A DNA stretch of 32,000 nt from Idiomarina loihiensis L2TR (GTDB taxonomy: Bacteria > Pseudomonadota > Gammaproteobacteria > Enterobacterales > Alteromonadaceae), in assembly GCF_000008465.1 (NCBI RefSeq), contig NC_006512.1, positions 1,650,001-1,682,000 of the forward strand, written 5' to 3'. Shown here in pieces: positions 28,131 through 32,000 of the stretch. A model generated the notes under the pieces. It was not told the DNA's origin and did no database searches. It saw only the letters and a list, made by a program, of their open reading frames with translations. The position numbers and the translations under genes were made by a program. Every line of letters starts with the position of its first letter. Within the stretch, counting starts at the first letter, position 1.

Positions 28131-28757
28131 TTATTGAGTATTAGGAACAATACGTAACTCTACCCGACGGTTTAACTGACGTCCGCTTTCGGTATCGTTA
28201 TCTGCAACAGGCATACTTTCTCCATAACCTTCGGTTGTTACCCTGCGCGAGTCCACGCCGTTACCCACTAAATTATTGCGTACGGCATTGGCTCGGTTTA
28301 ACGACAGTTGCTGGTTGTATTCCGCAGAGCCGGTGCTATCGGTGTGCCCTTCTATCAGCATGGTAGTTTTTTCATACTTTTTCAGCACACGCGCAACATC
28401 ATCTAATACTGGGTTGAAGCTTTGAGAAATATTCGCACTCCCGGTGGCAAACGTGATGTTACTGGGCAATTGTAAACGCAGGTTATCGCCGTCGCGTATC
28501 ACTTTAACACCACTGTCAGCCAGTTCTTCCCTGAACTCTTCTTCCTGCTTATCCATATAAGAACCTATAGCACCTCCTGCTAAGGCACCAACCGCAGCGC
28601 CCCAAACATATCGGCTTTTATCATGATCGCCAGTGCCTTTACCAAGCAATGCCCCCGTCACAGCACCTATCGACGCCCCTTTTTGGGTATTGCTCATATT
28701 TTCACAACCAACAAGTGCTAACGAAGAAAACATCATAGTCAAAACTAACTTTTTCAT
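28131..28757 (-). CDS. OmpA-family lipoprotein (glycine-zipper + OmpA C-terminal peptidoglycan-binding domain, YiaD-like)
   Basis: It has a lipobox (LVGC), Gly-zipper segments (GAVTGALLGKG, GAAVGALAGGAIG) and the OmpA_C motifs (FATGSA, EGHTDSTGS..YNQ.LS..RA..V, NRRVEL). Confidence 0.85.
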   Translation of the reverse strand: MKKLVLTMMFSSLALVGCENMSNTQKGASIGAVTGALLGKGTGDHDKSRYVWGAAVGALAGGAIGSYMDKQEEEFREELADSGVKVIRDGDNLRLQLPSNITFATGSANISQSFNPVLDDVARVLKKYEKTTMLIEGHTDSTGSAEYNQQLSLNRANAVRNNLVGNGVDSRRVTTEGYGESMPVADNDTESGRQLNRRVELRIVPNTQ

Positions 28758-28915
28758 ACTCTAACTCCATCAAAACAATGAATGCCCTGAAAACTAGCAC
28801 GCTTTAGTATAGTCACTGATGAGATTTTCGGATTTTTTACGTGACTTATTTTCTCTTAATGCCCAGCAGTGATACCTTATAAAAAGTAGTAGCTGACATA
28901 CGCGTTTCCATCAAT

Positions 28916-29731
28916 ATGACAATAACTGACCCTACCGAGGCTCGTAAGGCTCTAATGACGTTCTTGCGGGACAATGCCCCCGTAACAGTCATTACCGGCG
29001 CGGGCATAAGTACAGACTCCGGAATCCCCGACTATCGTGATAATAAAGGCGAATGGAAGCGCACGCCTCCGGTTCAGCATCAGGATTACATGCGCAGCGA
29101 GGCGGTACGAAAAAGATACTGGGCCCGAAGCTTATTTGGCTGGCCGGTGCTTTATCACGCTAAGCCTAACTCAGCGCATTACGCGATAGCGGAATTCCAG
29201 CAGCAAGGGCTTATTGGCTGTGTTATCACGCAGAATGTGGACGGCCTGCACCAAAAAGCCGGAGCCACTCGTGTCATTAATTTGCACGGATACGCCAACG
29301 ACATGGTCTGCATGAGCTGTAGGGAAATTACCCCACGGTTGGATATGCATGAGCGCAGTCTGAAATTGAACCCGGACTTTGCTGCTTTAGAGGCAACCGC
29401 CGCACCGGACGGTGATGCAGACCTTGAGGCCGACTTTGAACAATTCAAAGTCGCCGGCTGCAGAAGCTGCGGTGGTATTCTAAAACCCGATGTCGTGTAC
29501 TTTGGCGACAATGTGCCACGCCCGCGGGTCGAAGAAGCTCAAAAGTCGCTAGAGAACAGTAACGCCCTACTCGCTATTGGCACCTCGCTTATGGTCTTTT
29601 CGGGTTATCGCTTTGCCCGCCAGGCTCACCAGAGCAATCAACCTGTTGCCCTGTTAACTCTGGGAAAAACACGAGCCGATGAGCTCGCAACGTTAAAACT
29701 GAACTGCTCTATAAAGGACGTACTGGCATGA
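28916..29731 (+). CDS. NAD-dependent protein deacylase, class II (SIRT4-like) sirtuin
   Basis: Sirtuin motifs are present: GAGISTDSGIPDYRD, QNVDGLH, a zinc ribbon (CxxC...CxxC: CMSC / CRSC) and DVVYFGD. It is collinear with class II sirtuins (RYWARS..GWP, APDGD, SGYRF). Confidence 0.85.
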   Translation: MTITDPTEARKALMTFLRDNAPVTVITGAGISTDSGIPDYRDNKGEWKRTPPVQHQDYMRSEAVRKRYWARSLFGWPVLYHAKPNSAHYAIAEFQQQGLIGCVITQNVDGLHQKAGATRVINLHGYANDMVCMSCREITPRLDMHERSLKLNPDFAALEATAAPDGDADLEADFEQFKVAGCRSCGGILKPDVVYFGDNVPRPRVEEAQKSLENSNALLAIGTSLMVFSGYRFARQAHQSNQPVALLTLGKTRADELATLKLNCSIKDVLA

Positions 29732-29761
29732 ACCAGAAGCAGTTATTCTTTCGAATTAAGT

Positions 29762-29783
29762 GCCCGTTATGAACTTAACGGGC
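29762..29783. terminator. Bidirectional hairpin between the sirtuin and lemA 3' ends
   Basis: gcccgtta-tgaact-taacgggc forms an 8-bp stem and is followed by TTT on the + strand. Confidence 0.6.
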
Positions 29784-29801
29784 TTTGGGGAAGCAAGAGT
29801 A

Positions 29802-30371
29802 TTAAATATTCGGCTTATACTCAAAACCTTCTTCAGCCTGAGAGTCGGAGAAGGTTTTTATTTTCTCTTTATGGTTCAGCATAGAGTTAACCAATGAATT
29901 TGGGAACACTTCAATACCGTTGTTAAAGTCTTCTACGTTCTGGTTAAAGATACGAATTGCCGCACCAATGTTTTCTTGCTGGTCGGTAATTTCTCTCATC
30001 AATTTCTGATAAGTTTCTGAGGCCTTCAGTTCCGGGTAGTTCTCGACAGTAACGTTAAGGCTTTTAAGCAGTTCGCCAGTTCTGGCTTCCGCCTGCTCAA
30101 GCTTAGCCGTATCGACTTTACCACTATCCAGACCCTGCAGAGCACTACGCAGTTCGGTCACTTTGGTCAAAGTGCCCTGTTCGAACTCTTTATAATCTTT
30201 CACGACATCTTCTAAGTGCGGAATAATTTTATTTTTTTGACGCTCTTGTGTAATAACGTTAGCCCATGCTCTCTCGACAGCATTTGCGCGGCTAATAATG
30301 GCGTTATATATCGCAATAACGGCTATTACTAAAACAAGGGCTATGCCAATGGCTATCCATGTTCCTGTCAT
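29802..30371 (-). CDS. lemA: LemA family membrane protein
   Basis: 189 aa with an N-terminal TM helix and the LemA signature YN.....N.VE.AWANV....Q.....IP.L...VK.Y...E. There is an AGGAG RBS. It starts 10 nt downstream of the preceding gene. Confidence 0.85.
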   Translation of the reverse strand: MTGTWIAIGIALVLVIAVIAIYNAIISRANAVERAWANVITQERQKNKIIPHLEDVVKDYKEFEQGTLTKVTELRSALQGLDSGKVDTAKLEQAEARTGELLKSLNVTVENYPELKASETYQKLMREITDQQENIGAAIRIFNQNVEDFNNGIEVFPNSLVNSMLNHKEKIKTFSDSQAEEGFEYKPNI

Positions 30372-30381
30372 TTTTTTACTC

Positions 30382-31425
30382 CTAAAAGTTACTGTCCAGT
30401 TTGGTCATTACATAGTGGATAAAATCAAGCGATGTCTTTAATTTTGCAAACTCCTGCTCGCCATCCAAGGCTTCAATAAATGCCTCATAGTCGCATATCT
30501 TAGCCTCTTTCGTTGTAGCAATAAGGTCTTTATCCGCAAACGAAAGACACAAGTCACCGGCGTCATTCACCTCGAAATTCACTTGCGATAATACCTCAGA
30601 GAACTCTTCAAAAGCGATAACCACGGTTGGTTTCATCGCTTTTGCAGCTTCTAATTCACTGGCTGCAACCACTTTAAATTCTTTGTTAAAACGGTTGGAA
30701 GCTGGCTTATAAGTGGCTTTTCCTGCCCCCGGAAGGCCAAAACCTACAACAGCAACATTGCGTAACAAGCCAAAAGGCAAAATAAGCCCGTAGCGATCAT
30801 AATGATCGTACACTTTCTTTCTGCGTGTTCTTACCTCACCTTTGCTGTCCGTATAGGTTTCAGTGACAATCCGCTCATCAACATAGTGAAAGTGATAATA
30901 CTGATACTGAAACGAATATTCGCTGCCACTGTAGCTTCCATCATAAAGCGCACGAATTTCACGTTTGTAATTCCCCCGATTAAAATCACTGAAGCGCTGC
31001 TGGAACTCATTTGATGCGGCTCTGCTTTCAAATACAGCGGGCGACAAGTCGTTGTCCAGTAAACCATCGCGTTGCAGTAAAGCATGCGACGCCTTTGCCA
31101 TCAGCCTGCCCGGGTAAAAAGCAGTTATTCCGGCAACCAAAGTTAAAACACTACCTACGGCCAGAATAATCCAGGTACTTTGCTGAAAGCGTTGCCACTG
31201 AGACCAGTCCCAGTAAGTTAATGCGGCAGTTGCTAACAAAAACACGGCAAAAGCTATCCAGTAAGCTTTCATATTAAACTGGTAGCTTCCGGAAAAACCT
31301 TTCAAGTCATCAATAACCGCGTCGAGATTCTCTCGGGTACGGCTGTTATGCGCCTGCGTTTCAGTGCGCTTTAGCAATTCAATAAGGGCTTTGTTGTTTT
31401 TCTGATAGAGCACGGCAATCAACAT
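30382..31425 (-). CDS. DUF3137-like two-TM membrane protein of unknown function
   Basis: 347 aa. A helical N-terminus is followed by a TM hairpin and a soluble domain of about 220 aa with a Tyr/His-rich segment (YSFQYQYYHFHYVDE). The segment NRFNKEFKVVAASELEAAKAMKPTVVIAFEEF resembles the DUF3137 pattern (.F...F.V.a.d...A..ll.p..m). It is the operon partner of lemA. The family call is from memory. Confidence 0.55.
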   Translation of the reverse strand: MLIAVLYQKNNKALIELLKRTETQAHNSRTRENLDAVIDDLKGFSGSYQFNMKAYWIAFAVFLLATAALTYWDWSQWQRFQQSTWIILAVGSVLTLVAGITAFYPGRLMAKASHALLQRDGLLDNDLSPAVFESRAASNEFQQRFSDFNRGNYKREIRALYDGSYSGSEYSFQYQYYHFHYVDERIVTETYTDSKGEVRTRRKKVYDHYDRYGLILPFGLLRNVAVVGFGLPGAGKATYKPASNRFNKEFKVVAASELEAAKAMKPTVVIAFEEFSEVLSQVNFEVNDAGDLCLSFADKDLIATTKEAKICDYEAFIEALDGEQEFAKLKTSLDFIHYVMTKLDSNF

Positions 31426-31626
31426 AGGAATTAGTTAAAAATAGGTGTCCAGTTTAATGCTTCGGTCTTTTCGGTACCAGTTAATATTTGTAAAACCAGC
31501 CCTTAACAGACTCATTTTATGAGTGTAAATGGCGCTAAAAAATTAAGCTTAACTAAATGCGCTTTTATAATTTCTGCTAAGATGCTTAGCTCCTATGCAA
31601 ATAAAGACGCCATTAAGAGGTAATTA

Positions 31627-32000
31627 ATGAAAGCTGTCATACTCGATGCAGAAACCCTGGGCAAGGGAATTGATCTCTCCGCTATTGAAAAGTCCGTCGA
31701 CGAACTGGTTTTATATGATTCAACAACGACCGAACAGCTTAATGAGCGAATTAACGATGCTGAAATTGTTATCACAAATAAAGTCGTTATTAATGAACAG
31801 GCCCTTGAGTCCGCTGAACAGTTAAAGCTAATTTGCGTGTTAGCCACGGGAATGAACAATATCGACTTAGCTGCAGCAGAAAAGCTGAATATTCCGGTTA
31901 GAAATGTTGAGGCTTACGGTACACAAAGCGTGGTTCAGCATACTTTGATGATGATGCTTTCGCTGGCGACTAAGCAACCCGTTATGCAAAAACGCGTTGC
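31627..32000 (+). CDS. D-isomer-specific 2-hydroxyacid dehydrogenase (glycerate dehydrogenase-like), N-terminal fragment
   Basis: Not in the ORF track because it has no stop within the window. From the ATG at 31627 (AAGAGG RBS) it reads MKAVILDAETLGKGIDLSAIEKSVDELVLYDSTTTEQLNERINDAEIVITNKVVINEQALESAEQLKLICVLATGMNNIDLAAAEKLNIPVRNVEAYGTQSVVQHTLMMMLSLA. This is the typical catalytic-domain N-terminus of the HprA/LdhA family. Confidence 0.8.
   Translation, partial: MKAVILDAETLGKGIDLSAIEKSVDELVLYDSTTTEQLNERINDAEIVITNKVVINEQALESAEQLKLICVLATGMNNIDLAAAEKLNIPVRNVEAYGTQSVVQHTLMMMLSLATKQPVMQKRV

Noticed and set aside
28916-29731. SIR2-domain protein as an anti-phage effector (Thoeris ThsA / DSR / SIR2-HerA type)
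   Set aside because: It has the full canonical sirtuin architecture with a zinc ribbon and a normal length of about 270 aa. It has no fused SLOG, TIR or helicase domain and no partner gene. It is therefore a housekeeping-type class II sirtuin.
31593-31859. 88-aa minus-strand ORF near the window end
   Set aside because: It lies antisense to the clearly homologous 2-hydroxyacid dehydrogenase N-terminus that starts at 31627 on the + strand.
1-32000. Search for CRISPR arrays, tRNA/rRNA genes, IS elements, integrases, prophage genes or defence-island hallmarks
   Set aside because: I saw no spaced direct-repeat array, no cloverleaf-like or rRNA-like conserved sequence, and no transposase, integrase, recombinase or reverse-transcriptase ORFs. 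Nearly all the coding space is explained by conserved chromosomal genes. The window looks like core backbone, so I do not claim a defence or mobile system.

Overview
This window reads as ordinary chromosomal backbone from a moderately AT-rich marine gammaproteobacterium. The Alteromonadales-like assignment is an inference from the gene content (TesB, AcnA, Udk-NupC, RhlE, YebG, ArfB, AidB-like, DUF2937, DUF3149, YqjDEK). I count about 38 tightly packed protein genes on both strands, covering housekeeping and salvage metabolism, envelope and stress proteins, two c-di-GMP enzymes and several conserved proteins of unknown function. I found no rRNA, tRNA, CRISPR array, integrase, transposase, IS ends, prophage structural genes or long repeats. 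I see no compositional break that would mark an island, although this was judged by eye only. Three genes are absent from the supplied ORF track: acnA (truncated at the 5' edge), a 2-hydroxyacid dehydrogenase (truncated at the 3' edge) and a 46-aa DUF3149-type membrane peptide. Several track ORFs begin at TTG or GTG extensions, and I trimmed these to ATG starts with a better ribosome-binding site. A perfect LexA (SOS) box sits over the yebG promoter, and four clean hairpin terminators are visible. I do not see a compelling defence, mobile or biosynthetic system. The most system-like unexplained modules are a DUF3137-like/LemA membrane pair, a translationally coupled YdbS/YdbT (bacterial PH domain) + DUF938 methyltransferase operon, and an overlapping pair of small Cys-rich orphan ORFs, one carrying a CX3CX2C motif. 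Less striking are a thioredoxin-like CxC protein upstream of a PAS-diguanylate cyclase and a small, very acidic orphan next to arfB. All of these are flagged at modest interest, because most are conserved-unknown modules rather than demonstrably new biology.
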